Part shown: positions 30,398 to 41,382 of the stretch, one piece after another | How positions within the stretch are numbered: position 1 is the first letter of the stretch | How the letters are laid out: every line of letters starts with the position of its first letter | From: a virus | Taxonomy: Duplodnaviria > Caudoviricetes | IMG/VR virus record: IMGVR_UViG_3300027782_000029 | Coordinates: 1-64,000 of that record | Strand: one strand, 5' to 3' | DNA length: 64,000 bases | The notes under the pieces: generated by a model | Databases searched by the model: none | What the model saw: only the letters and a program-made list of their open reading frames with translations | What the model was told of the DNA's origin: nothing | Translations under genes and position numbers: made by a program

Positions 30398-32106
30398 TGT
30401 TTATCCTCATTGATTGTGGGTTCTTGTTTTTCGACTTTAGTTTGTTCAACTAATTCATCTACTACAACTATATTATACTGTTCTTCCAACAAATTTTCAA
30501 CTAATCCTAGCCAAGCATTATCTGATCTCTTAATGTTTGGAGAAGTTCTTCTTCCTGACTGGTTCTGAGGCCTTATTGTATTTCCAGCCCCTCTTCTTCC
30601 CGAAGCAAGATTTGACTGACCTTTTGAAGCAGGCTGTTGCTTATCGCCATCTTTAGCTAAGTCAACTGGCTGTTGACCTTGAGTAACTTTTGTTAGTTTT
30701 GCTTGAGCTTTAGATTGAATTTCTGATTGAGCTTTTGCAATTTCAATCTGCACCTTGCCCTGAATTGAATTATACAACTCATCCAATTCAACTTCTGGAT
30801 CAATACTTAATTGAGTTCTAGCTTCACTTAGCGTGATTAAGGAGTTAACATATTTTTGTATTATATGTGTTTCTTTCTTAACTTGTGTATCAACGTCTAT
30901 CTCATTGAACTTAAAATAACATCTATCAGAAACACTAGACTCATATGGATTGACTAATGGATCAAAACCACCTTCAAATAAAAGCTCATTAAATATATGA
31001 ACTCTTACCATCTCTGCAAATTGTTTTTGGAACTGCTTAATCTTGTCGTACAGGGCTGTGTCAAGTCTTTCTGACATAGACCTATTTCCGCCACCCATAC
31101 TCATTCCAAGGTGGTGAGGGGCAACACCAAGACCTATAGCAACTCTTTCCTTAAAGTGATCTATATAAGCTGACGCATCTAGCGATGATCCATTTGCACC
31201 TATGACATCAACGTTATGCCTAAATGGAAGAATCAATCCACCTTCTGCTCTAAGATTTTCAATCTCAAAAGCAGCTTGATCAATTTCTTCTGGCTCTGCT
31301 GGTTGATCTGCCGTACCAATAGTATATTTATATAAAGGAAATAGTTCTCTATGTACCAAGTTTTGAATGTCTTCTTCTATCTGACGAAGAGCAACAACGT
31401 CATCTAGAACATTAGAAAGGAAAGGTGTACCAAAAGCTCTGCCTGGTTTTCTTTCAAAAAATAAATGTATTACTCTATCTGCATTCCAGACTGGATCTCT
31501 GTTTGTTGGAGCATAAGTCAAAGGATTTGTTCTTTGCATATACTGCTTAGGCTTATTGAATTTATCTCTTAATATTCTTGTCTGCTCAGTTGGTATAAGG
31601 TAGTATCCAACTACTGGTTGAGCTCCGCTAATTGCCTCAATCTTTGTAGGAAAGTACTCAGAAAGATCTGCTCTAGCTTTAACGATAAATACGTTAGCAA
31701 ACTTAAAAAGCTGATCTGACAAATCGACAAGGAAATCTAAAAATGGACGCTTCATAGCCATTTCCATATAATCTATTCTCTGATATAGGTATGCAACAGC
31801 TTCTGGATTTTCTCCAACTATTTGCCAACCTTCTTTCCAGAATAGGTCCTTATACTTTGCCATTGCCTGCTTGACATAAGAGTCAGTGTCTATAGCCTGT
31901 ATAATTCTGTCAAAGTTGTATGGTGCAGGCTCAAAGTTACTTCTACCAGTGTAGTAATAATTTGTGCCTCTATAACCCAAAGCAAGAGCAGCTACTCGCA
32001 TGCTCTTGGATAGGCCATTCATTTCATCTGGGCTTAGCTGTGCTGCAGCAAAGTCTAGTTCTTCGACTTGGTTATTTGAAAAAGGTAAATACTTACTTAG
32101 GGCCAT
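30394..32106 (-). CDS. Portal protein
   Basis: 570 aa; RVIHLFFERKPGRAFGTPFLSNVLDD; Gln-rich C-tail; upstream of the protease and MCP. Confidence 0.8.
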   Translation of the reverse strand: MALSKYLPFSNNQVEELDFAAAQLSPDEMNGLSKSMRVAALALGYRGTNYYYTGRSNFEPAPYNFDRIIQAIDTDSYVKQAMAKYKDLFWKEGWQIVGENPEAVAYLYQRIDYMEMAMKRPFLDFLVDLSDQLFKFANVFIVKARADLSEYFPTKIEAISGAQPVVGYYLIPTEQTRILRDKFNKPKQYMQRTNPLTYAPTNRDPVWNADRVIHLFFERKPGRAFGTPFLSNVLDDVVALRQIEEDIQNLVHRELFPLYKYTIGTADQPAEPEEIDQAAFEIENLRAEGGLILPFRHNVDVIGANGSSLDASAYIDHFKERVAIGLGVAPHHLGMSMGGGNRSMSERLDTALYDKIKQFQKQFAEMVRVHIFNELLFEGGFDPLVNPYESSVSDRCYFKFNEIDVDTQVKKETHIIQKYVNSLITLSEARTQLSIDPEVELDELYNSIQGKVQIEIAKAQSEIQSKAQAKLTKVTQGQQPVDLAKDGDKQQPASKGQSNLASGRRGAGNTIRPQNQSGRRTSPNIKRSDNAWLGLVENLLEEQYNIVVVDELVEQTKVEKQEPTINEDKQ

Positions 32107-32169
32107 AGCGGTTTTGTACTCCAGGAATAGGTTTTATCACTGTATAGTACAGTTTATGTTGATTTATTT

Positions 32170-32379
32170 TCAGCTTTGAATGCCGGCGTCTTCAAAGGTC
32201 TTCTTAAGGATGATCTGCTTTACGGCTTCAATCCAAAAAATTGTCTCTGGCTCTGAGAAATCGCTCTTGTAAGCAAGGTTCTGATTGCTAATTTCAATGA
32301 CAACCTGAAACTTCTTTGTCTCTGCGTCAACATCTACTTCTGGGGTTACTACTTCTGGGGTTACTTTTTGTTTTGACAT
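32170..32379 (-). CDS. Hypothetical protein
   Basis: 69 aa ORF, coupled to the upstream gene. Confidence 0.55.
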   Translation of the reverse strand: MSKQKVTPEVVTPEVDVDAETKKFQVVIEISNQNLAYKSDFSEPETIFWIEAVKQIILKKTFEDAGIQS

Positions 32380-32570
32380 TATTTTACTTTCTTTACTGTT
32401 TCTGTTGGAACCTCAAAATCATCTTTTACAGATGCGGTTTGAAGCTGTTGGATTTGTAGTGACAATTGTTTAACAGTGGCTTCTTTTACCACTAGCTCAG
32501 TTATCAACTGAGAAACTTTTTCTTGAAATGTTTGAATAATTAGATTTACATCTAAGTTAGACTCTTGCAT
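32379..32570 (-). CDS. Small coiled-coil protein
   Basis: 63 aa heptad pattern; GGAG RBS. Confidence 0.55.
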   Translation of the reverse strand: MQESNLDVNLIIQTFQEKVSQLITELVVKEATVKQLSLQIQQLQTASVKDDFEVPTETVKKVK

Positions 32571-32615
32571 TGCTTCTCCTAATATAGAAATTACTTGTAG
32601 AGTATATCACTTGCT

Positions 32616-34952
32616 TTACTGTGCTGCAAGTTGTGCTTCTAAATATTCAACTCTTTCAATAAGATTCTGGAATGAACTTATCAATAATGCCGTTGCTTCG
32701 TCTTTTCTCCAGTTTACTGGTTCAAAATATAGTTCATTATTCAAATCCTCTAGTGTCATTAACTCATCTGCGCTACGCTTTCTTCCCTCATCAGTAAATC
32801 CATACTGAGATAATTCTGGAGCGTCTTTTGCTACTTCTTCCGCTATTAGTCCATAGTGATAATCCAACTGTTTAACTTGATAAGAAAAATCTGTGTCATG
32901 CTTTATATTTTTTTTAAAAGTATATTTAACAACGTTAACTTTTTTTAAAATATTTATTGACTCTTGTGATGATATATTTAATACGTTTTCTTTGTATTTA
33001 AGACTTGAACTATCTCTAGATAGCACGTATTTACCTTTATTTGGTGATGGTTCCCAAAATCTTGCGACTCCTCCACTGCCACTTGTTGTTGTATCATCAA
33101 ACCAAATATCATTACCAGATCCTGTTAAGGCACTGCCTCTCATTACCAGATCAGAGTTAATGTACATGTTGTATTGAGTCGTATCAGTGCCCGTGTCGTC
33201 TGCTAGGTTAATCTCTAGGTGCCTTTTTTGACTCCATGCACCGTTAAGAAACTTAGCTGGCTCTAATACCACAGCTTCTGGGATGGTTCCGACAGCTGCC
33301 CTATATCTTACATTTAACGCACCGTCTACATTTCCTATTTTTGTTTCTTTTCCTAATGCACTTAATATCCAAATTTGTCCAGAGGTACTTCCACCAGTAC
33401 CGTCAGCTCTGATTTGCAGTCCTAAATCATTCGTAGATCCTGTTGCATATACGTTGTTGGTAAAAGTGTTACCAGATCCATCTACCCTAAATAAATTGTT
33501 AGTACTATTAAAAGTTGAACCATTAATTGTTGAAGCACTGACAGTGCCAGTAAATGTTGCTGATCCATCTGAGTTAATCGCAACAGTATTTGTACCAGCA
33601 GCATTGTAAGCTTTTAGCCCACCAGAGTCTAAAAGTATTCTAGCTCCAGTTGTAGCGTTGTTGATGTTGACGCTATTTAGATTAATTGTACCAGTTGTTA
33701 TTACTCCACCAGAAATGCTAGTAACATTAGCATTTACTCCAGCTGGTTGAACAGCTGTTGCTCCAGTTGCTGCATTGCTAACAACCGTTGAAGCAGCTGT
33801 TGATCCTATAGTTACAGTTCCATCAATTGTTAGCGTAGTTCCGTCATAATATAGCTTACTTCCTATGGAAAATTTATTTGCGGATACACCGTCAGCTGTA
33901 TTATAGCCAACAAAAAATGGAGAATTTTTATAACCAGTTCCACCAAACTGTAAAGTATTTGTTCCTATTGTCAATCCACCAGCGGTTGAACCACTTATAG
34001 TTGCATTGGTTGTAATTGCTCCAGTGACTGTGAGAGTATTATTGTCCCACTGCATATAGTTTGTAGAGTTTCCAACTTTTAATAAAGATCCACCAGTAGC
34101 TCCACCAGTTGGATTAAAAGAAAGCTGATTAGTCGCATCTCCTACAACGAATTCTGAATTACCTGCACTATTTGCAGAGTTTCTTGCCCATCTATTATTT
34201 GCGTTGATAAAAATAGAATTAGCAGACAGCGTTCCTCTAATTGAGGCAGCATCAAACTCTGCAGTTCCGTCTCCTTTAATTATCCAACCTTGACCAACTC
34301 CTACTCCTCCAGTTACGTAGTTCGAAGATCTTAATACTGCTGTTCCGTTAGGAGGAGTGTAAGAAGTTTGTATGCCTGGTTGGGTAAGGATAATTTCGTG
34401 TGCACCGATTGTTCCAGCTGTTATCTTTGCAGCAGTCAGATCTTGAATAAATTGACTTTCAATTAATTGCGTAGTTGCATTGGCAGAGGCAGAGGAAAAA
34501 GCTCCTGCATTTCCTGCAGTATTTACAGCTCTCACCTTAGCCTTGTAGACAACGTTAGTTAGAGTACTTCCAACTAAGGTTGTATTTTCAAGGTCAGAAA
34601 TAACAACAAGATTAGACTTTGTTATTCCAGAAACCATAGCTCCATCTGTTGTTGTGGATGCTCTTGCCTTTAAGGCTGTTTCAGTAACATCACTTGCTAG
34701 ATATATCTTATACTCATAATAATCAAGATCAACCATTGACGCATGATTGAACCTGAGCATTGCAGACTTAAAGTTGGCTGCCAACAAAACGCCAGTAATA
34801 CTAGATGGGCTGGATACAACGCCTGGAGTCTGAACTCTTATTGTATCTGGAATAGCATCAATAGCAGATATCTCTGTATTCTTTGGCTTTAAACTAAATA
34901 GATAATTAGTTGCTGGTTTTAATCCAGTTATAGTTTTTTTAATTGTTGCCAT
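32616..34952 (-). CDS. Tail fibre/spike with FN3-like N-terminus and C-terminal intramolecular chaperone (peptidase S74-like)
   Basis: SSSLKYKENV...YGLIAEEV...L..RVEYLE C-terminus. Confidence 0.8.
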   Translation of the reverse strand: MATIKKTITGLKPATNYLFSLKPKNTEISAIDAIPDTIRVQTPGVVSSPSSITGVLLAANFKSAMLRFNHASMVDLDYYEYKIYLASDVTETALKARASTTTDGAMVSGITKSNLVVISDLENTTLVGSTLTNVVYKAKVRAVNTAGNAGAFSSASANATTQLIESQFIQDLTAAKITAGTIGAHEIILTQPGIQTSYTPPNGTAVLRSSNYVTGGVGVGQGWIIKGDGTAEFDAASIRGTLSANSIFINANNRWARNSANSAGNSEFVVGDATNQLSFNPTGGATGGSLLKVGNSTNYMQWDNNTLTVTGAITTNATISGSTAGGLTIGTNTLQFGGTGYKNSPFFVGYNTADGVSANKFSIGSKLYYDGTTLTIDGTVTIGSTAASTVVSNAATGATAVQPAGVNANVTSISGGVITTGTINLNSVNINNATTGARILLDSGGLKAYNAAGTNTVAINSDGSATFTGTVSASTINGSTFNSTNNLFRVDGSGNTFTNNVYATGSTNDLGLQIRADGTGGSTSGQIWILSALGKETKIGNVDGALNVRYRAAVGTIPEAVVLEPAKFLNGAWSQKRHLEINLADDTGTDTTQYNMYINSDLVMRGSALTGSGNDIWFDDTTTSGSGGVARFWEPSPNKGKYVLSRDSSSLKYKENVLNISSQESINILKKVNVVKYTFKKNIKHDTDFSYQVKQLDYHYGLIAEEVAKDAPELSQYGFTDEGRKRSADELMTLEDLNNELYFEPVNWRKDEATALLISSFQNLIERVEYLEAQLAAQ

Positions 34953-35909
34953 TTAAGTTATTGTCCCTGTTGTGCTAAAAATTATTCCTTCGTATATTTC
35001 TTCATCTTCTAGTTCTAAGTTATAGTTTTTATTAAAAGAATATTGATTAATTTTAAAATCTTTATCAGAAGAGTTAATATTTTTTTTGTCTAATATTTCT
35101 ATCTCAAAAGAAAACGATCCATATAGATCTTCGTAAGAAGTTAATATATCTAAAGTTCTAATATCAATAGAAAATATTACTTCATCTTCAAGAGTAGTAG
35201 AATTATATAGATCAATCTCTTGTGATTTAACTTCCATTTGACCAGTGGTGGTCAAGGATGTTTTGTTAATCTTTATGGATATTATTCCAGAGCTAGGAGT
35301 TTTTTGTCCATTAATTTTTAATAGTGGACCGCTAAAAGATCCAAGAACTCTATTTCCAGGAGTGTTGCTTTTTTGATTTTGCCAAGAACCATCTCCAGGA
35401 ATAAACGAAACTGCGGAGATTCTAGAGTTTGTACTATCTGCTTTTACTACATTAGAATAATAGTTAACAGCGTTTGCCCCTTGTGCTATAAAGTTTGCAC
35501 CATTAGGATTAGCAGTCTGATAATACGAACCATCTGTTAACTGCATATACTGGATATTATCATTATGATAGTAAACATAATAATTGCCCGCAGGAACTGA
35601 TCCAGAAGACGCTTCGGTCAAAGCTTTAAAGCATAGGTTTGTATCGGAATCTATAATGCTATAAGTTAATCTATTAGTTGTATCGGTTTCGTAGACAACT
35701 ACATAAGAGTCGTCATCAAATCCAACATCTATTGATCCGTCTTGCTTTTTCGAATAAACTCTACCTATGTTGACATCTTCCATTGAAACATAGATCCAGT
35801 CTCCAACTTTTAAATTTTCTGATGCAGCACTAAAAGCAATCTTTCTTCTTACAGCTGGGTAAGCAACAGCTGGAGGTGTTGCATTTGATGTGTAGTTAAA
35901 CCATGCCAT
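34953..35909 (-). CDS. Hypothetical virion protein
   Basis: 318 aa, beta-rich, adjacent to the fibre gene. Confidence 0.5.
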   Translation of the reverse strand: MAWFNYTSNATPPAVAYPAVRRKIAFSAASENLKVGDWIYVSMEDVNIGRVYSKKQDGSIDVGFDDDSYVVVYETDTTNRLTYSIIDSDTNLCFKALTEASSGSVPAGNYYVYYHNDNIQYMQLTDGSYYQTANPNGANFIAQGANAVNYYSNVVKADSTNSRISAVSFIPGDGSWQNQKSNTPGNRVLGSFSGPLLKINGQKTPSSGIISIKINKTSLTTTGQMEVKSQEIDLYNSTTLEDEVIFSIDIRTLDILTSYEDLYGSFSFEIEILDKKNINSSDKDFKINQYSFNKNYNLELEDEEIYEGIIFSTTGTIT

Positions 35910-35911
35910 AG

Positions 35912-37486
35912 TTATATCTCTTTATAGAGTATCTCAAACTCATAAGAGTTTGCGCTGTCGTCATTAATTTCAATCTCAAAAGAAGCTTCGTACTGGACGT
36001 TGCCACCTATCAATAATACCTCATTAAGACCTGTTAAAACTAAGTTCTGATAAGGTTTAGTTAATGTTGAATCATAGTATGCATTTCGTGCAGATTCGTA
36101 GTCAATTGCGTCAGCTGGTATTGCAAGACTTCCATCGGTACCGTCATGCTTATGGACAGCAAGGTCTATGCCTCCTATGGTTATTCCAGACGCTATGTCC
36201 ATATTGCCTTCTATGGTTCCACCGTCTGATCTAAGATATTGTGGGTGGGCATTGCCGTCTAAGTCGTCTAGGTCATTGTGGGAAGATCTAAGGCCTCTTC
36301 TGTCGCTTTCATCAGGCTCTATTGCCATGAATGTTTCTTTGTATGAATCTAAATCTTGTATAGCGTCGGTTATTAGTATCTTGCTTCTTTTTGTGCCCTT
36401 TACTTCAAGCTGCATAAGATAGTTGATGTATCTTCTTTTCAGTCTTATTGCTTGTAGTAGTGCATCAAACTTATTGTAGAACTGATTGTTTCTTTCAACA
36501 ACGTCAGCAGTTATTGCACCTAGGTTTCCTGTTATTGCACTTTCTGCAGTAAACATCTCTTTAAGAAGTGTAGGGATCTCTTTTCCGATCTCAGTTGTTT
36601 TGAGGTCGTACATCATTGGCTCAATTACCTTAGACATAACATTTAACGCCGGCATTAAATAATTATTATAAAAAGTTCTTGATGTGTCTTGACTATCTCT
36701 TTTTATTAAATTTAATAAGGTTTGAATTTCGGTTGTTAGTGAATTTATTTTGATAGAAAAAAACGCTTGGAATTGCGAGGCTTGTCTTTCAGATATTTGA
36801 TCCACTTCGGCATTGGGGATAGATACTGGTCTTGATGTGATTTCAACTGCAATTTGTTTCGTGTAGTGTGTTGTTGTCTTCGCCCAGTCTGCGAAGTACT
36901 TTGAGATTTGTGCTTCGGTATCATTTCTATACTCTTCCCCCAGATAGTGTATGGCGATGTTTTTTAATATAGTTAATTCACTTAAAGTGTACTTTAGTGC
37001 TTTTCTTGCTTCTACTAAGTGTCCAAAAGTTGAATGACTGATTATTAGGTCATACTCTTTTATGAACGCTCTACATGATCTGCATAAATGTTTTTCTGCA
37101 AACAAGTATTGAGGGTAACAAATAAAACCTGGTTCTTGCATGATTGAAGCTGTTGGATCTGACTTTAGTACATCTTTCCAAACCGCAGAATGGGCAACCT
37201 CAAGTTCTATACTTGCATAAGGGTCTATGTTGACCTGGTCAAGATTTTCTTCTATCTCATTTATCATTCCGCTTATATGGAATTCAGCTTGAGTAATATA
37301 ATTTCTTAGTTCTTCTATTGATATCTGTGACTTTTCGGTACTTAAGTTATTTCTTTTTGTACCTGTTTTAATTTGTTCAAATGAATTCAATCTTTCTTCA
37401 GAAGAGATAAATGAACTAACTGATTCTGGAGAATCAGAAAAAGCGTCTTCAATTGCTGAGCTTTCGCCTAAACCATATTTAGCCAT
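35912..37486 (-). CDS. Hypothetical protein (helical N-part, fibre-like HPQYL motif near the C-end)
   Basis: 524 aa; SHNDLDDLDGNAHPQYL. Confidence 0.5.
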   Translation of the reverse strand: MAKYGLGESSAIEDAFSDSPESVSSFISSEERLNSFEQIKTGTKRNNLSTEKSQISIEELRNYITQAEFHISGMINEIEENLDQVNIDPYASIELEVAHSAVWKDVLKSDPTASIMQEPGFICYPQYLFAEKHLCRSCRAFIKEYDLIISHSTFGHLVEARKALKYTLSELTILKNIAIHYLGEEYRNDTEAQISKYFADWAKTTTHYTKQIAVEITSRPVSIPNAEVDQISERQASQFQAFFSIKINSLTTEIQTLLNLIKRDSQDTSRTFYNNYLMPALNVMSKVIEPMMYDLKTTEIGKEIPTLLKEMFTAESAITGNLGAITADVVERNNQFYNKFDALLQAIRLKRRYINYLMQLEVKGTKRSKILITDAIQDLDSYKETFMAIEPDESDRRGLRSSHNDLDDLDGNAHPQYLRSDGGTIEGNMDIASGITIGGIDLAVHKHDGTDGSLAIPADAIDYESARNAYYDSTLTKPYQNLVLTGLNEVLLIGGNVQYEASFEIEINDDSANSYEFEILYKEI

Positions 37487-37498
37487 AATATTTTTTTC

Positions 37499-39376
37499 CT
37501 AAAATGTCGATCTTTTAATTCTAGAAGAAGGTTTTCTTCCACTTCTTTTTTTGAATCCAAGTACGTTTTCCGAAACTGCTTCTGCTCTTCCGCTAACAAA
37601 CCCAGAGCCTTTTTCTTTTTCATTGCCTTCTTCACCTGATTGTTTCGGCATAAAGAACGTGTTAGAAAAAGATTCTGTATTGGTAGCAAATCTTGCTTTG
37701 TGCAGCTCGCTATAGTTCTGAGTGATAGACAGCAGAGCTAACATCAAAGCGTCGTGTGCATGGTCGACTGCTGAACCGCCAGCTTCGAATACTGGTCTTC
37801 CTGTTTGAGTAGTTCTAACAACAACATAAGAGATTAGTTGCATAAACATTTCATCATCTTTTGCTGGAAATACAATTGATTCTTTTTCCAAATACTGACG
37901 CAGGTTGTCTACCATGTAGGGTTTAATTTCTTTTTTAACAACCTGTTTAGTATAAGGATCTCTAATGTCTATTGTTTCGCTGAAGCTAACTCCTTTTACT
38001 CTTGTCTTTAATCCTGATATTGGATTTTCTACGCCATACTTATGAAGAAGCTCTACTTGCACTTCTCCATATCCACGGTCAACATAAATATGTTTAGGCA
38101 TATAGATGTCGTTTAGCTCTACGATTCTAGATACAGCTTTAGTTAGAGTGTATTCTGATCTTTCAATTTCTTCTCTGTACGCAAGTTTTACTTTGTTTCT
38201 AAATCTAGGATCTTCATATGCGTCAGAGCAAACTTCAAGAACAACTATATTTGTTCCTGCTCCGTACTTGTCCCAGTCAACACCAATGGTGTGAAAGCTT
38301 CTTGCAGAAGTCATCTCTGGATTATAATTCCAGCTTGGCTCAATAAAGGCTTTGTCTACGTACTTGCGCGGGTACACGCCTTCAGCGTCTTCTCCCCAGT
38401 CTGCTTCAATTTCGTGTCTGTATCCAATTTCAGAATACTGTTCTCTAAACTCATCTTCTTGTTCTTTAGCAAAGTATGGGTTGCAGTATGAAGGAAACCA
38501 AAACTCTTTAAATCTTTCTGATCTACACCACTCCCAAAATCTTTCTCGTCTACCCGTTGGAGTAGACGCACCAATTAGAACTTTGTCTGGCTGATCTTCT
38601 GCTGTTTTCTGCAGCATTGCGTACAGTGCATCGAGGTCGTCCGCATGCATGTAGTCCATTTCGTCAAGAACAATAACATGGGCTTCCTGACCACGAGCTA
38701 CGTCAGACTTTCCACCAGAACGCATTCCTGATGTAAAGAATCTAATTGTTGACCCATTACTAAATTGAATCATAAACTGAGGGCTTGTTACTTTTCTTGT
38801 GATTGAATTTAGAACAATCTCATTGTTAGCTGCTAGTCTTAAAATCTCTTGATAAATTAATTCTACGTGAGATTTCATTGGAGCAATGACTAAACATCTT
38901 CCGTCCTTATGGGTATAACTATAGTGAAGCAAATATACTGCCATACTAAAAGTTTTGCCCAAACGACGACCAGCTCTTAATACTTTTCTTGAAGCAGGAT
39001 CTCTTAGAATGAGAGTTTGATAGACTCTTGTCTCTACATTTAGAAACTGTCTTGCCCATACACATGGGTCTTTAGCTATGTGTATTTGCCTTTGTTGCTC
39101 AGCAGAAATGCCAGCATCTAGCAACTCTTCATCTATTTCAAAAGGTTCATCTATCAATAAGGCAAGTTCTCTGTTGGTTAATTCTCTACCTGATATTGGA
39201 GAACCATCTGCCCAGTTTAGGTGAGTAAGTTTATTTTCAAAAACCCATTCAATTCTATTAATCTGCTTGTACGTTTCAACGTCTTGAGCTTTTATTATTT
39301 CTAAAAGATCTTCTTTAGACAGCTTTTCTAAGTCTTGTCTAAACTTTTTAGTTTTATTTGAAATTGATAAGCTCAT
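37499..39376 (-). CDS. terL: Terminase large subunit
   Basis: VLRAGRRLGKT (Walker A), VIVLDEMD (Walker B), GASTP, IGVDWD nuclease motif, DHAHDAL. Confidence 0.92.
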   Translation of the reverse strand: MSLSISNKTKKFRQDLEKLSKEDLLEIIKAQDVETYKQINRIEWVFENKLTHLNWADGSPISGRELTNRELALLIDEPFEIDEELLDAGISAEQQRQIHIAKDPCVWARQFLNVETRVYQTLILRDPASRKVLRAGRRLGKTFSMAVYLLHYSYTHKDGRCLVIAPMKSHVELIYQEILRLAANNEIVLNSITRKVTSPQFMIQFSNGSTIRFFTSGMRSGGKSDVARGQEAHVIVLDEMDYMHADDLDALYAMLQKTAEDQPDKVLIGASTPTGRRERFWEWCRSERFKEFWFPSYCNPYFAKEQEDEFREQYSEIGYRHEIEADWGEDAEGVYPRKYVDKAFIEPSWNYNPEMTSARSFHTIGVDWDKYGAGTNIVVLEVCSDAYEDPRFRNKVKLAYREEIERSEYTLTKAVSRIVELNDIYMPKHIYVDRGYGEVQVELLHKYGVENPISGLKTRVKGVSFSETIDIRDPYTKQVVKKEIKPYMVDNLRQYLEKESIVFPAKDDEMFMQLISYVVVRTTQTGRPVFEAGGSAVDHAHDALMLALLSITQNYSELHKARFATNTESFSNTFFMPKQSGEEGNEKEKGSGFVSGRAEAVSENVLGFKKRSGRKPSSRIKRSTF

Positions 39377-39379
39377 ATT

Positions 39380-40822
39380 TTACCCAAAGTGAGCAGCCAT
39401 CATTCCAGCCTCAGAACCTAACATACTTCTTGCGTTAAGTCTTGAATTTTGAATTGCAGCTACACCTCTTGCTCGTGAAGTTGCAGCAACTTCGTTATCT
39501 CTATAGCCCATGCCAAACAATGGTTTGTTCATAGACCCCTGCATAGATTTTACAGCATCCTTGGCAAAGTTTCCAGCTGCCATCACACCTTTACCAGCTA
39601 ATTTACCTAAGTCATAAACTAAAGCTACGTTTCCAACAATGCTTGCACTTCGGAGTGCAAAAGCTCCACCCCTTTTCATTAATTCGCCTCTTAATATTCT
39701 TGCTGCTGCTTTATCTCCAGCTTCATCTGCCATCTTAGCCATTACTCTAATGTTGCTTTGCTTAGGAAGAAATTTACCAAGTGCGCCTGGTCTTGCTACC
39801 CTATCTCCAAACCTACCTAGATTATTAAAACTAGTACCTGCTCCAGAAAGCATTTCTGAGACAGCAGTTGTATTTCCGGTGTTAGCGAATGCTCTGCCAA
39901 GAACTCCTTCTAGTCTTTTGTATGCGTTAGTTCCCACAAATTGCGATGGGTTCATTGCAGTTCCAAGGCTTTCGGTCATAGATCTAGTAAATATGCCACC
40001 TTGACTATTGGACAGCCCTCTAAGTCTTCCAACGCTACCAACACTAGCAACAGGACTTGGTGGACCCATAAGGCCAGGAGCAAGAGTGGGCTTAACGTTA
40101 GTTAGTCTTGCGATGTTTGTGTCTAAACCTGTTAATTTTTTTTCTACTCTTGCAAGCTTGCGACTAGCTCGACCTACTGATTTTCCATCAAGTGATCTGG
40201 TCAATATTTTATCATTTAGTTTTGTGGCTTTACTTTCCAAGGAGAAGGTCTTATGCATCGTAGACATTCTACCTAAAACGCCTCCAGCCATCAGATCTTC
40301 TGTAGAGCCAGAATCTATGATACCTCTACCTTCTAGCACTCCTCTTAGTCCTACTTTTTCTAAACCTTTTCCAAGCATCTTTGCGCCTTGGAATGGTGTA
40401 TATAGGCCTGTTGCGTCTGCATTTCCATTTAATGCAGATACCGATGGCATTCTTCGGAATGATCTTACAGAGCCAACATTTGCCTTAAATGATTGTTTAA
40501 GAAATGGAGTCTTGCCTGCTGCTGCTGCGGAAGCTCCTCTGAACTTAGAAAACATAAACGCATTTGGACTTGCTGGCATAGTATTGTTGCCAATGAACGA
40601 ACCAAATTTAGCAGCTCTTTTTGCTTGCCTTGCACTGCCTACTGCTGCTTTATCAAGGAACCCACCCTTGAACATTGTATTTTCAAATCTTCTCATGTTC
40701 CAGGCCATAGTATGGCTGATGGCTGGCATGTTTTCTGCCATCCTCATGAAGAGTGGTGCTTGAGGACCAGCTAGGTCACTGCCCATTTCTGGCTCAATAA
40801 TATTGCCTTCGCCGTAAGCCAT
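39380..40822 (-). CDS. Basic Gly/Ala/Met-rich protein, putative internal virion protein
   Basis: 480 aa, low complexity; function is inference. Confidence 0.4.
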   Translation of the reverse strand: MAYGEGNIIEPEMGSDLAGPQAPLFMRMAENMPAISHTMAWNMRRFENTMFKGGFLDKAAVGSARQAKRAAKFGSFIGNNTMPASPNAFMFSKFRGASAAAAGKTPFLKQSFKANVGSVRSFRRMPSVSALNGNADATGLYTPFQGAKMLGKGLEKVGLRGVLEGRGIIDSGSTEDLMAGGVLGRMSTMHKTFSLESKATKLNDKILTRSLDGKSVGRASRKLARVEKKLTGLDTNIARLTNVKPTLAPGLMGPPSPVASVGSVGRLRGLSNSQGGIFTRSMTESLGTAMNPSQFVGTNAYKRLEGVLGRAFANTGNTTAVSEMLSGAGTSFNNLGRFGDRVARPGALGKFLPKQSNIRVMAKMADEAGDKAAARILRGELMKRGGAFALRSASIVGNVALVYDLGKLAGKGVMAAGNFAKDAVKSMQGSMNKPLFGMGYRDNEVAATSRARGVAAIQNSRLNARSMLGSEAGMMAAHFG

Positions 40823-41379
40823 TAGCCTCTCCTCGAGTTGTGCATTCCTAGAACTATATTTCCATTAGCGTTAAGAGATTGTGCTGTCATTAAAGATGAG
40901 TTACCAGATCTTCCATATTTTTGCGCGTTTCCTGCAGCTTCTCTCATTCCAATCATGCCAACAGATCCTGCGCCAATTCCTGCTCCAACAGTTGCACCAG
41001 CAATAGCCCCACCTATTGCACCTTTTATTCCATAATTTTTTCCACCTAATATTCCGCCACCTAATGCTCCCCCAAGCCCTCCAAGCCCTCCAGCAACAAC
41101 TCCACCTTTAGCTATAACCCCAAGAGAGTTGGCTCCATACATGCTTAGTGCACCTGCGTTAGCAAACCTGAACGGGAGTCCTGCTGCTCCAGATACTCCT
41201 CCAGCTAATGCTAAGCTTGGGGTCAAGTCAGTTCCAAGAACTGCTTGATCTGCTTGCGGATTATCAAAGGCAATATCCATAGCATTGTCGATTGTGCCAT
41301 TAGCAACTTTTTTAAACATGCCTGCGCCAAAAGCCCCAGCTAAAGCTGTGCCCATTAAAACTTTTCTACCTATAGCCAT
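40822..41379 (-). CDS. Glycine-zipper protein
   Basis: GGLGGLGGALGGG...GAIGGAIAGATVGAGIG hydrophobic GxxxG arrays. Confidence 0.55.
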   Translation of the reverse strand: MAIGRKVLMGTALAGAFGAGMFKKVANGTIDNAMDIAFDNPQADQAVLGTDLTPSLALAGGVSGAAGLPFRFANAGALSMYGANSLGVIAKGGVVAGGLGGLGGALGGGILGGKNYGIKGAIGGAIAGATVGAGIGAGSVGMIGMREAAGNAQKYGRSGNSSLMTAQSLNANGNIVLGMHNSRRG

Positions 41380-41382
41380 TTT